A DNA stretch of 64,000 nucleotides from Eledone cirrhosa (taxonomy: Eukaryota). The stretch spans positions 8,122,001-8,186,000 of the forward strand of contig OZ024740.1 in NCBI GenBank assembly GCA_964016885.1, read 5' to 3'. Both the position numbers and the translations under genes were made by a program. Positions 22,818 through 37,200 of this stretch are shown here, one piece after another; position 1 is the stretch's first letter; each line of letters opens with the position of its first letter. The notes beneath the pieces are model-generated. The model ran no database searches, was not told the origin of the DNA, and was given only the letters and a program-made list of their open reading frames with translations.

Positions 22818-25800
22818 ATTGGTATGTCAGTTTCTATTGGTATATCAGTTTCTATTGGTACGTCAGTTTCTATTGGTATATCAGTTTCGATTGGTATATC
22901 AGTTTATATTAGTATGTCAGTTTCTATTTGTATGTTAGTTTCGATTAGTATATCAGTTTCTATTAGTATGTCAGTTTCGATTAGTATGTCAGTTTCTATT
23001 CATATATCAGTTTCGATTGGTATATCAGTTTCGATTGGTATATCAGTTTCGATTGGTATGACAGTTTCTATTGGTATATCAGTTTCTATTGGTATGTCAG
23101 TTTTGATTGGTATATCAGTTTCGATTAGTATGTCAGTTTCGATTGGTATGTCAGTTTCAATTGTTATATCAGTTTCGATTGGTATGTCAGTTTCGATTGG
23201 TATGTCTATTTCTATTGATATATCAGTTTCGATTGGTATATCAGTTTTGATTTGTATAACAGTTTCGATTGGTATGTCAGTTTCTATTGGTATATCAGTT
23301 TCTATTGGTATGTCAGTTTTGATTGGTATATCAGTTTTGACTGGTATATCAGTTTCGATTAGTATAATCAGTTTCTATTGGTATGTCAGTTTCTATTGAT
23401 ATATCAGTTTTGATTGGTATACCAGTTCCGATTGGTATATCAGTTTCGATTGGTAAGTCAGTTTCTATTGGTATATCAGTTTCTATTGGTATGTCAGTTT
23501 TGATTGGTATGTCAGTTTCGATTGGTATGTCAGTTTTGATTGGTATGTCAGTTTCTATAGGTATGTCAGTTTCTATTGGTATATCAGTTTCGATTAGTAT
23601 ATCAGTTTCTACTGGTATGTCAGTTTCGATTAGTATATCAGTTTCTATTCGTATGTCAGTTTCGATTGGTATATCAGTTTCGATTCATATATCAGTTCCA
23701 ATTGCTATATCAGTTTCTATTGGTATGTCAGTTTCAATTGGTATGTAAGTTTCGATTGGTATATCAGTTTCAATTGGTATGTCAGTTTCAATTAGTATAT
23801 TTGTTTCGATTGGTATGTCAATTTCAATTAGTATATCAGTTTCTATTGGTATATCAGTTTCAATTGGTATGTCAGTTTCGATTAGTATGTCAGTTTCTAT
23901 TGGTATATCAGTTTCTATTGGTATGTCAGTTTTGATTGGTATATCAGTTTCTATTGGTATGTCAGTTTCGATTGGTATATCAGTTTCGATGATATGTCAA
24001 TTTCGATTGGTATATCAGTTTCGATTAGTATGTCAGTTTCTATTGGTATATCAGTTTCTATTGGTATATCAGTTTCGATTGGTATATCAGTTTCGATTAG
24101 TATGTTAGTTTCTATTGGAATATCAGTTTCGATTGGTATATCAGTTTCGATTGGTATGTCAGTTTCTATTGGTATATCAGTTTCGACTGGTATATCAGTT
24201 TCGATTAGTATAATCAGTTTCTATTGGTATGTCAGTTTCTATTGATATATCAGTTTTGATTGGTATATCAGTTCCGATTGGTATATCAGTTTCGATTGGT
24301 AAGTCAGTTTCTATTTGTATATCAGTTTCTATTGGCATGTCAGTTTTGATTGGTATGTCAGTCTCGATTGGTATGTCAGTTTTGATTGGTATGTCAGTTT
24401 CTATAGGTATGTCAGTTTCTATTGGTATATCAGTTTCGATTAGTATATCAGTTTCTACTGGTATGTCAGTTTCGATTAGTATATCAGTTTCTATTGGTAT
24501 GTCAGTTTCGATTGGTATATCAGTTTCGATTCGTATATCAGTTCCTATTGCTATATCAGTTTCTATTGGTATGTCAGTTTCAATTGGTATGTTAGTTTCG
24601 ATTGGTATATCAGTTTCAATTGGTATGTCAGTTTCAATTAGTATATTAGTTTTGATTCATATGTCAAATTCAATTAGTATATCAGTTTCTATTGGCATAT
24701 CAGTTTCGATTGGTATGTCAGTTTCGATTAGTATATCAGTTTCTATAGGTATGTCAGTTTCGATTGGTATATCAGTTTCGATTGGTATATCAGTTTCTAT
24801 TGGTATGTCATTTTCGATTGGTATATCAGTTTCTATTGATATATCAGTTTTGATTGGTATATCAGTTTCGATTGGTATGTCAATTTCTATTGTTGGTATA
24901 TCAGTTTCTATTGGTATGTCAGTTTTGATTGGTATATCAGTTTCGATTGGTAGGTCAGTTTCGATTGGTATGCCAGTTTCGATTGGTATATCAGTTCCGA
25001 TTGGTATATCAGTTTCGTTTGGTATATCAGTTTCGATTGTTATATCAGTTTCGATTGGTATATCAGTTTCGACTTGTATGTTAGTTTCGATTAGTATATC
25101 AGTTTCTATTGGTATGTCAGTTTCTATTGGTATATCAGTTTCTATTGGTACGTCAGCTTCTATTGGTATATCAGTTTCGATTGGTATATCAGTTTCGATT
25201 GTTATATCAGTTTCGATTGGTATATCAGTTTCTATTAGTATGTCAGTTTCGATTAGTATGTCAGTTTCTATTCATATATCAGTTTCTATTGGTATATCAG
25301 TTTCTATTGGTATCTCAGTTTTGATTGGTATATCAGTTTAGATTGGTATGTCAGTTTCGATTGGTATGTCAGTTTCGATTGGTATATCAGTTCCGATTGG
25401 TATGTCAGTTTCGATTGGTATGTCAGTTTCAATTGGTGTATCAGTTTCGATTGGTATGTCAATGTCTATTGGTATGTTAGTTTCGATTAGTATATCACTT
25501 TTTATTGGTATGCCAGTTTCGATTGGTATGTCTATTTCTATTGGTATGTGAGTTTCTATTGGTATATCAGTTTCGATTGGTATGTCAGTTTCTATTGGTA
25601 TATCAGTTTCTATTGGTATGTCAGTTTTGATTGGTATATCAATTTTGACTGGTATATCAGTTCCGATTGGTATGTCAGTTTTGATTGGTACGTCAATTTC
25701 GATAGGTATATTAGTTTCTATTGGTATGTTAGTTTCAATTAATATATCAGTTTCTATTGGTATGCCAGTTTCAATTAGTATATCAGTTTCTATTGGTATG

Positions 25801-28800
25801 TCATTTTCGATTGGTATGTTAGTCCTTGAATTGTATGTCAGTTTCTATTGGTATTTCAGTTTTGATTAGTATATCAGTTTCGTTTGGTATATCAGTTTCG
25901 ATTGGTATATCAGTTTCTATTGGTATATCAGTTTCTACTGGTATGTCAGTTTTGATTGGTATATCAGTTTCGATTGGTATGTCAGTTTCGATTGGTGTGT
26001 CAGTTTCGATTGGTATATCAGTTCCGATTGGTATGTTAATTTCGATTGGTATATCAGTTTCTATTGGTATATCAGTTTCGATTGATATATCAGTTTCGAT
26101 TAGTATGTCAGTTTCTACTGGTATGTCAGTTTGGATTGGTATGTCAGTTTCGATTGGTATGTCAGTTTCGATTAGTATGTCAGTTTCTATTGGTATATCA
26201 GTTTCTATTGGTATGTCAGTTTTGATTGGTATATCAGTTTCGATTGGTATGTCAGTTTCGATTGGTATATCAGTTTCGATTAGTATGTCAGTATCTATTT
26301 GTATATCAGTTTCTATTGGTATGTCAGTTTCGACTGGTATGTCAGTTTCGATTGGTATATCAGTTCCGATTGGTATATCAGTTTCTATTTGTATATCAGT
26401 TTCGATTGATATATCAGTTTCGATTAGTATGTCAGTTTCTACTGGTATGTCAGTTTGGATTGGTATATCAGTTTCGATTGGTATGTCAGTTTTGATTGGT
26501 ATATCAGTTTCGATTGGTATGTCAGTTTCGATTGGTATATCAGTTTCGATGGTATGTCAATTTCGATTGGTATATCAGTTTCGATTAGTATGTCAGTTTC
26601 TATTGGTATATCAGTTTCTATTGGTATATCAGTTTCGATTGGTATATCAGTTTCGATTGGTATGTCAGTTTCTATTGGTATATCAGTTTCGACTGGTATA
26701 TCAGTTTCGATTAGTATAATCAGTTTCTATTGGTATGTCAGTTCCTATTGATATATCAGTTTTGATTGGTATATCAGTTCCGATTGGTATATCAGTTTCG
26801 ATTGGTAAGTCAGTTTCTATTTGTATATCAGTTTCTATTGGTATGTCAGTTTTGATTGGTATGTCAGTCTCGATTGGTATGTCAGTTTTGATTTGTATGT
26901 CAGTTTCTATAGGTATGTCAGTTTCTATTGGTATATCAGTTTCGATTAGTATATCAGTTTCTACTGGTATGTCAGTTTCGATTAGTATATCAGTTTCTAT
27001 TGGTATGTCAGTTTCGATTGGTATATCAGTTTCGATTCGTATATCAGTTCCTATTGCTATATCAGTTTCTATTGGTATGTCAGTTTCAATTGGTATGTTA
27101 GTTTCGATTGTATATCAGTTTCAATTGGTATGTCAGTTTCAATTAGTATATTTGTTTTGATTGGTATGTCAAATTCAATTAGTATATCAGTTTCTATTGG
27201 CATATCAGTTTCAATTGGTATGTCAGTTTCGATTAGTATATCAGTTTCTATAGGTATGTCAGTTTCGATTGGTATATCAGTTTCTATAGGTATGTCAGTT
27301 TCTATCGGTATATCAGTCTCGATTAGTATATCAGTTTCTGCTGGTATGTCAGTTTCGATTAGTATATCAGTTTCTATTGGTATGTCAGTTTCGATTGGTA
27401 TATCAGTTTCGATTCATATATCAGTTCCTATTGCTATATCAGTTTCTATTGGTATGTCAGTTTCAATTGGTATGTTAGTTTCGATTGGTATATCAGTTTC
27501 AATTGGTATGTCAGTTTCAATTAGTATATTTGTTTTGATTGGTATGTCAAATTCAATTAGTATATCAGTTTCTATTGGCATATCAGTTTCGATTGGTATG
27601 TCAGTTTCGATTAGTATATCAGTTTCTATAGGTATGTCAGTTTCGATTGGTATATCAGTTTAGATTGGTATATCAGTTTCTATTGGTATGTCATTTTCGA
27701 TTGGTATGTCAGTTTCTATTGATATATCAGTTTTGATTGGTATATCAGTTTCGATTGGTATGTCAATTTCTATTGTTGGTATATCAGTTTCTATTGGTAT
27801 GTCAGTTTTGATTGGTATATCAGTTTCGATTGGTATGTCAGTTTCGATTGGTATGTCAGTTTCGATTGGTATATCAGTTCCGATTGGTATGTCAGTTTTG
27901 ATTGGTATATCAGTTTCTATTGGTATATCAGTTTCGATTGTTATATCAGTTTCGATTGGTATATCAGTTTCGACTTGTATGTCAGTTTCGATTAGTATAT
28001 CAGTTTCTATTGGTATGTCAGTTTCTATTGGTATATCAGTTTCTATTGGTACGTCAGTTTTTATTGGTATATCAGTTTCGATTGGTATATCAGTTTATAT
28101 TAGTATGTCAGTTTCTATTGGTATGTTAGTTTCGATTAGTATATCAGTTTCTATTAGTATGTCAGTTTCGATTAGTATGTCAGTTTCTATTCATATATCA
28201 GTTTCTATTGGTATATCAGTTTCTATTGGTATGTCAGTTTTGATTGGTATATCAGTTTCGATTGGTATGTCAGTTTCGATTGGTATGTCAGTTTCGATTG
28301 GTATATCAGTTCCGATTGGTATGTCAGTTTCGATTGGTATGTCAGTTTCAATTGGTGTATCATTTTCGATTGGTATGTCAATGTCTATTGGTATGTTAGT
28401 TTCGATTAGTATATCACTTTTTATTGGTATGTCAGTTTCGATTGGTATGTCTATTTCTATTGGTATGTGAGTTTCTATTGGTATATCAGTTTCGATTGGT
28501 ATGTCAGTTTCTATTGGTATATCAGTTTCTATTGGTACGTCAGTTTCTATTGGTATATCAGTTTCGATTGGTATATCAGTTTATATTAGTATGTCAGTTT
28601 CTATTTGTATGTTAGTTTCGATTAGTATATCAGTTTCTATTAGTATGTCAGTTTCGATTAGTATGTCAGTTTCTATTCATATATCAGTTTCGATTGGTAT
28701 ATCAGTTTCGATTGGTATATCAGTTTCGATTGGTATGACAGTTTCTATTGGTATATCAGTTTCTATTGGTATGTCAGTTTTGATTGGTATATCAGTTTCG

Positions 28801-31800
28801 ATTAGTATGTCAGTTTCGATTGGTATGTCAGTTTCAATTGTTATATCAGTTTCGATTGGTATGTCAGTTTCGATTGGTATGTCTATTTCTATTGATATAT
28901 CAGTTTCGATTGGTATATCAGTTTTGATTTGTATAACAGTTTCGATTGGTATGTCAGTTTCTATTGGTATATCAGTTTCTATTGGTATGTCAGTTTTGAT
29001 TGGTATATCAGTTTTGACTGGTATATCAGTTTCGATTAGTATAATCAGTTTCTATTGGTATGTCAGTTTCTATTGATATATCAGTTTTGATTGGTATACC
29101 AGTTCCGATTGGTATATCAGTTTCGATTGGTAAGTCAGTTTCTATTGGTATATCAGTTTCTATTGGTATGTCAGTTTTGATTGGTATGTCAGTTTCGATT
29201 GGTATGTCAGTTTTGATTGGTATGTCAGTTTCTATAGGTATGTCAGTTTCTATTGGTATATCAGTTTCGATTAGTATATCAGTTTCTACTGGTATGTCAG
29301 TTTCGATTAGTATATCAGTTTCTATTCGTATGTCAGTTTCGATTGGTATATCAGTTTCGATTCATATATCAGTTCCAATTGCTATATCAGTTTCTATTGG
29401 TATGTCAGTTTCAATTGGTATGTAAGTTTCGATTGGTATATCAGTTTCAATTGGTATGTCAGTTTCAATTAGTATATTTGTTTCGATTGGTATGTCAATT
29501 TCAATTAGTATATCAGTTTCTATTGGTATATCAGTTTCAATTGGTATGTCAGTTTCGATTAGTATGTCAGTTTCTATTGGTATATCAGTTTCTATTGGTA
29601 TGTCAGTTTTGATTGGTATATCAGTTTCTATTGGTATGTCAGTTTCGATTGGTATATCAGTTTCGATGATATGTCAATTTCGATTGGTATATCAGTTTCG
29701 ATTAGTATGTCAGTTTCTATTGGTATATCAGTTTCTATTGGTATATCAGTTTCGATTGGTATATCAGTTTCGATTAGTATGTTAGTTTCTATTGGAATAT
29801 CAGTTTCGATTGGTATATCAGTTTCGATTGGTATGTCAGTTTCTATTGGTATATCAGTTTCGACTGGTATATCAGTTTCGATTAGTATAATCAGTTTCTA
29901 TTGGTATGTCAGTTTCTATTGATATATCAGTTTTGATTGGTATATCAGTTCCGATTGGTATATCAGTTTCGATTGGTAAGTCAGTTTCTATTTGTATATC
30001 AGTTTCTATTGGCATGTCAGTTTTGATTGGTATGTCAGTCTCGATTGGTATGTCAGTTTTGATTGGTATGTCAGTTTCTATAGGTATGTCAGTTTCTATT
30101 GGTATATCAGTTTCGATTAGTATATCAGTTTCTACTGGTATGTCAGTTTCGATTAGTATATCAGTTTCTATTGGTATGTCAGTTTCGATTGGTATATCAG
30201 TTTCGATTCGTATATCAGTTCCTATTGCTATATCAGTTTCTATTGGTATGTCAGTTTCAATTGGTATGTTAGTTTCGATTGGTATATCAGTTTCAATTGG
30301 TATGTCAGTTTCAATTAGTATATTAGTTTTGATTCATATGTCAAATTCAATTAGTATATCAGTTTCTATTGGCATATCAGTTTCGATTGGTATGTCAGTT
30401 TCGATTAGTATATCAGTTTCTATAGGTATGTCAGTTTCGATTGGTATATCAGTTTCGATTGGTATATCAGTTTCTATTGGTATGTCATTTTCGATTGGTA
30501 TATCAGTTTCTATTGATATATCAGTTTTGATTGGTATATCAGTTTCGATTGGTATGTCAATTTCTATTGTTGGTATATCAGTTTCTATTGGTATGTCAGT
30601 TTTGATTGGTATATCAGTTTCGATTGGTAGGTCAGTTTCGATTGGTATGCCAGTTTCGATTGGTATATCAGTTCCGATTGGTATATCAGTTTCGTTTGGT
30701 ATATCAGTTTCGATTGTTATATCAGTTTCGATTGGTATATCAGTTTCGACTTGTATGTTAGTTTCGATTAGTATATCAGTTTCTATTGGTATGTCAGTTT
30801 CTATTGGTATATCAGTTTCTATTGGTACGTCAGCTTCTATTGGTATATCAGTTTCGATTGGTATATCAGTTTCGATTGTTATATCAGTTTCGATTGGTAT
30901 ATCAGTTTCTATTAGTATGTCAGTTTCGATTAGTATGTCAGTTTCTATTCATATATCAGTTTCTATTGGTATATCAGTTTCTATTGGTATCTCAGTTTTG
31001 ATTGGTATATCAGTTTAGATTGGTATGTCAGTTTCGATTGGTATGTCAGTTTCGATTGGTATATCAGTTCCGATTGGTATGTCAGTTTCGATTGGTATGT
31101 CAGTTTCAATTGGTGTATCAGTTTCGATTGGTATGTCAATGTCTATTGGTATGTTAGTTTCGATTAGTATATCACTTTTTATTGGTATGCCAGTTTCGAT
31201 TGGTATGTCTATTTCTATTGGTATGTGAGTTTCTATTGGTATATCAGTTTCGATTGGTATGTCAGTTTCTATTGGTATATCAGTTTCTATTGGTATGTCA
31301 GTTTTGATTGGTATATCAATTTTGACTGGTATATCAGTTCCGATTGGTATGTCAGTTTTGATTGGTACGTCAATTTCGATAGGTATATTAGTTTCTATTG
31401 GTATGTTAGTTTCAATTAATATATCAGTTTCTATTGGTATGCCAGTTTCAATTAGTATATCAGTTTCTATTGGTATGTCATTTTCGATTGGTATGTTAGT
31501 CCTTGAATTGTATGTCAGTTTCTATTGGTATTTCAGTTTTGATTAGTATATCAGTTTCGTTTGGTATATCAGTTTCGATTGGTATATCAGTTTCTATTGG
31601 TATATCAGTTTCTACTGGTATGTCAGTTTTGATTGGTATATCAGTTTCGATTGGTATGTCAGTTTCGATTGGTGTGTCAGTTTCGATTGGTATATCAGTT
31701 CCGATTGGTATGTTAATTTCGATTGGTATATCAGTTTCTATTGGTATATCAGTTTCGATTGATATATCAGTTTCGATTAGTATGTCAGTTTCTACTGGTA

Positions 31801-34214
31801 TGTCAGTTTGGATTGGTATGTCAGTTTCGATTGGTATGTCAGTTTCGATTAGTATGTCAGTTTCTATTGGTATATCAGTTTCTATTGGTATGTCAGTTTT
31901 GATTGGTATATCAGTTTCGATTGGTATGTCAGTTTCGATTGGTATATCAGTTTCGATTAGTATGTCAGTATCTATTTGTATATCAGTTTCTATTGGTATG
32001 TCAGTTTCGACTGGTATGTCAGTTTCGATTGGTATATCAGTTCCGATTGGTATATCAGTTTCTATTTGTATATCAGTTTCGATTGATATATCAGTTTCGA
32101 TTAGTATGTCAGTTTCTACTGGTATGTCAGTTTGGATTGGTATATCAGTTTCGATTGGTATGTCAGTTTTGATTGGTATATCAGTTTCGATTGGTATGTC
32201 AGTTTCGATTGGTATATCAGTTTCGATGGTATGTCAATTTCGATTGGTATATCAGTTTCGATTAGTATGTCAGTTTCTATTGGTATATCAGTTTCTATTG
32301 GTATATCAGTTTCGATTGGTATATCAGTTTCGATTGGTATGTCAGTTTCTATTGGTATATCAGTTTCGACTGGTATATCAGTTTCGATTAGTATAATCAG
32401 TTTCTATTGGTATGTCAGTTCCTATTGATATATCAGTTTTGATTGGTATATCAGTTCCGATTGGTATATCAGTTTCGATTGGTAAGTCAGTTTCTATTTG
32501 TATATCAGTTTCTATTGGTATGTCAGTTTTGATTGGTATGTCAGTCTCGATTGGTATGTCAGTTTTGATTTGTATGTCAGTTTCTATAGGTATGTCAGTT
32601 TCTATTGGTATATCAGTTTCGATTAGTATATCAGTTTCTACTGGTATGTCAGTTTCGATTAGTATATCAGTTTCTATTGGTATGTCAGTTTCGATTGGTA
32701 TATCAGTTTCGATTCGTATATCAGTTCCTATTGCTATATCAGTTTCTATTGGTATGTCAGTTTCAATTGGTATGTTAGTTTCGATTGTATATCAGTTTCA
32801 ATTGGTATGTCAGTTTCAATTAGTATATTTGTTTTGATTGGTATGTCAAATTCAATTAGTATATCAGTTTCTATTGGCATATCAGTTTCAATTGGTATGT
32901 CAGTTTCGATTAGTATATCAGTTTCTATAGGTATGTCAGTTTCGATTGGTATATCAGTTTCTATAGGTATGTCAGTTTCTATCGGTATATCAGTCTCGAT
33001 TAGTATATCAGTTTCTGCTGGTATGTCAGTTTCGATTAGTATATCAGTTTCTATTGGTATGTCAGTTTCGATTGGTATATCAGTTTCGATTCATATATCA
33101 GTTCCTATTGCTATATCAGTTTCTATTGGTATGTCAGTTTCAATTGGTATGTTAGTTTCGATTGGTATATCAGTTTCAATTGGTATGTCAGTTTCAATTA
33201 GTATATTTGTTTTGATTGGTATGTCAAATTCAATTAGTATATCAGTTTCTATTGGCATATCAGTTTCGATTGGTATGTCAGTTTCGATTAGTATATCAGT
33301 TTCTATAGGTATGTCAGTTTCGATTGGTATATCAGTTTAGATTGGTATATCAGTTTCTATTGGTATGTCATTTTCGATTGGTATGTCAGTTTCTATTGAT
33401 ATATCAGTTTTGATTGGTATATCAGTTTCGATTGGTATGTCAATTTCTATTGTTGGTATATCAGTTTCTATTGGTATGTCAGTTTTGATTGGTATATCAG
33501 TTTCGATTGGTATGTCAGTTTCGATTGGTATGTCAGTTTCGATTGGTATATCAGTTCCGATTGGTATGTCAGTTTTGATTGGTATATCAGTTTCTATTGG
33601 TATATCAGTTTCGATTGTTATATCAGTTTCGATTGGTATATCAGTTTCGACTTGTATGTCAGTTTCGATTAGTATATCAGTTTCTATTGGTATGTCAGTT
33701 TCTATTGGTATATCAGTTTCTATTGGTACGTCAGTTTTTATTGGTATATCAGTTTCGATTGGTATATCAGTTTATATTAGTATGTCAGTTTCTATTGGTA
33801 TGTTAGTTTCGATTAGTATATCAGTTTCTATTAGTATGTCAGTTTCGATTAGTATGTCAGTTTCTATTCATATATCAGTTTCTATTGGTATATCAGTTTC
33901 TATTGGTATGTCAGTTTTGATTGGTATATCAGTTTCGATTGGTATGTCAGTTTCGATTGGTATGTCAGTTTCGATTGGTATATCAGTTCCGATTGGTATG
34001 TCAGTTTCGATTGGTATGTCAGTTTCAATTGGTGTATCATTTTCGATTGGTATGTCAATGTCTATTGGTATGTTAGTTTCGATTAGTATATCACTTTTTA
34101 TTGGTATGTCAGTTTCGATTGGTATGTCTATTTCTATTGGTATGTGAGTTTCTATTGGTATATCAGTTTCGATTGGTATGTCAGTTTCTATTGGTATATC
34201 AGTTTCTATTGGTA
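22818..34214. repeat. 5677-bp tandem higher-order duplication (units about 22818-28494 and 28495-34171)
   Basis: Identical variant patterns and ORF translations at constant offset 5677 (23383/29060, 24229/29906, 25826/31503, 27688/33365). First mismatches lie at 22817/28494 and 28538/34215. Confidence 0.93.
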
Positions 34215-37200
34215 TGTCAGTTTTGATTGGTATATCAGTTTTGACTGGTATATCAGTTCCGATTGGTATGTCAGTTTTGATTGGTACGTCAATTTCGATA
34301 GGTATATTAGTTTCTATTGGTATGTTAGTTTCAATTAATATATCAGTTTCTATTGGTATTTCAGTTTTGATTAGTATATCAGTTTCGTTTGGTATATCAG
34401 TTTCGATTGGTATGTCAGTTTCTATTGGTATATCAGTTTCTACTGGTATGTCAGTTTTGATTGGTATATCAGTTTCGATTGGTATGTCAGTTTCGATTGG
34501 TATGTCAGTTTCGATTGGTATATCAGTTCCGATTGGTATGTTAATTTTGATTGGTATATCAGTTTCTATTGGTATATCAGTTTCGATTGGTATATCAATT
34601 TCTATTGGTAAATCAGTTTCGATTGATATATCAGTTTCGATTAGTATGTCAGTTTCTACTGGTATGTCAGTTTGGATTGGTATGTCAGTTTCGATTGGTA
34701 TGTCAGTTTCGATTAGTATGTCAGTTTCTATTGGTATATCAGTTTTAATTGGTATGTCAGTTTTGATTGGAATATCAGTTTCGATTGGTATGTCAGTTTC
34801 GATTGGTATATCAGTTTCGATTAGTATGTCAGTATCTATTTGTATATCAGTTTCTATTGGTATGTCAGTTTCGACTGGTATGTCAGTTCCGATTGGTATA
34901 TCAGTTTCTATTTGTATATCAGTTTCGATTGATATATCAGTTTCGATTAGTATGTCAGTTTCTACTGGTATGTCAGTTTGGATTGGTATGTAAATTTCGA
35001 TTGGTATATCAGTTTCGATGGTATGTCAATTTCGATTGGTATATCAGTTTCGATTAGTAGGTCAGTTTCTATTCGTATATCAGTTTTGATTGGTATATCA
35101 GTTTCAATTGATATATCAGTTTCGATTAGTATGTCAGTTTCTACTGGTATGTCAGTTTGGATTGGTATATCAGTTTCGATTAGTATGTTAGTTTCTATTG
35201 GAATATCAGTTTCGATTGGTATATCAGTTCCGATTGGTATGTCAGTTTTGATTGGTATATCAGTTTTTATTGGTATATCAGTTTCGATTGGTATATCAGT
35301 TTCGATTGTTATATCAGTTTCGATTGGTATATCAGTTTCGACTGGTATGTCAGTTTCGATTAGTATATCAGTTTCTATTGGTATGTCAGTTTCTATTGGT
35401 ATATCAGTTTCGATTGGTATATCAGTTTCGATTAGTATGTCAGTTTCTATTAGTATGTTAGTTTCGATTAGTATATCAGTTTCTATTAGTATGTCAGTTT
35501 CGATTAGTATGTCAGTTTCTATTCATATATCAGTTTCGATTGTTATATCAGTTTCGATTGGTATATCAGTTTCTATTGGTATTTCAGTTTTGATTAGTAT
35601 ACCAGTTTCGTTTGGTATATCAGTTTCGATTGGTATGTCAGTTTCTATTGGTATATCAGTTTCTACTGGTATGTCAGTTTTGATTGGTATATCAGTTTCG
35701 ATTGGTATGTCAGTTTCGATTGGTATGTCAGTTTCGATTTGTATATCAGTTCCGATTGGTATGTTAATTTCGATTGGTATATCAGTTTCTATTGGTATAT
35801 CAGTTTTGATTGGTATATCAATTTCTATTGGTATATCAGTTTCGATTGATATATCAGTTTCGATTAGTATGTCAGTTTCTACTGGTATGTCAGTTTCGAT
35901 TGGTATGTCAATGTCTATTGGTATGTTAGTTTCGATTAGTATATCACTTTTTATTGGTATGTCAGTTTCGATTGGTATGTCTATTTCTATTGGTATATCA
36001 GTTCCGATTGGTATGTCAGTTTCGATTGGTATGTCAGTTTAAATTGTTATATCAGTTTCGATTGGTATGTCAGTTTCGATTGGTATGTCTATTTCTATTG
36101 ATATATCAGTTTCGATTGGTATATCAGTTTTGATTGGTATAACAGTTTCGATTGGTATGTCAGTTTCTATTGGTATATCAGTTTCTATTGGTATGTCAGT
36201 TTTGATTGGTATAATCAGTTTCTATTGGTATGTCAGTTTCTATTGATATATCAGTTTTGATTGGTATATCAGTTCCGAATGGTATATCAGTTTCGATTGG
36301 TAAGTCAGTTTCTATTGGTATATCAGTTTCTATTGGTATGTCAGTTTTGATTGGTATGTCAGTTTCGATTGGTATGTCAGTCTTGATTGGTATGTCAGTT
36401 TCTATAGGTATGTCAGTTTCTATTGGTATATCAGTTTCGATTAGTATATCAGTTTCTACTGGTATGTCAGTTTCGATTAGTATATCAGTTTCTATTCGTA
36501 TGTCAGTTTCGATTGGTATATCAGTTTCGATTCGTATATCAGTTCCAATTGCTATATCAGTTTCTATTGGTATGTCAGTTTCAATTGGTATGTAAGTTTC
36601 GATTGGTATATCAGTTTCAATTGGTATGTCAGTTTCAATTAGTATATTTGTTTCGATTGGTATGTCAATTTCAATTAGTATATCAGTTTCTATTGGTATG
36701 TCAGTTTCGATTAGTATGTCAGTTTCTATTGGTATATCAGTTTCTATTGGTATGTCAGTTTTGATTGGTATATCAGTTTCGATTGGTATGTCAGTTTCGA
36801 TTGGTATATCAGTTTCGATGGTATGTCAATTTCGATTGGTATATCAGTTTCGATTAGTATGTCAGTTTCTATTGGTATATCAGTTTCTATTGGTATATCA
36901 GTTTCGATTGGTATATCAGTTTCGATTGGTATGTCAGTTTCTATTGGTATATCAGTTTCGACTGGTATATCAGTTTCGATTAGTATAATCAGTTTCTATT
37001 GGTATGTCAGTTTCTATTGATATATCAGTTTTGATTGGTATATCAGTTCCGATTGGTATATCAGTTTCGATTGGTAAGTCAGTTTCTATTTGTATATCAG
37101 TTTCTATTGGTATGTCAGTTTTGATTGATATGTCAGTCTCGATTGGTATGTCAGTTTTGATTGGTATGTCAGTTTCTATAGGTATGTCAGTTTCTATTGG

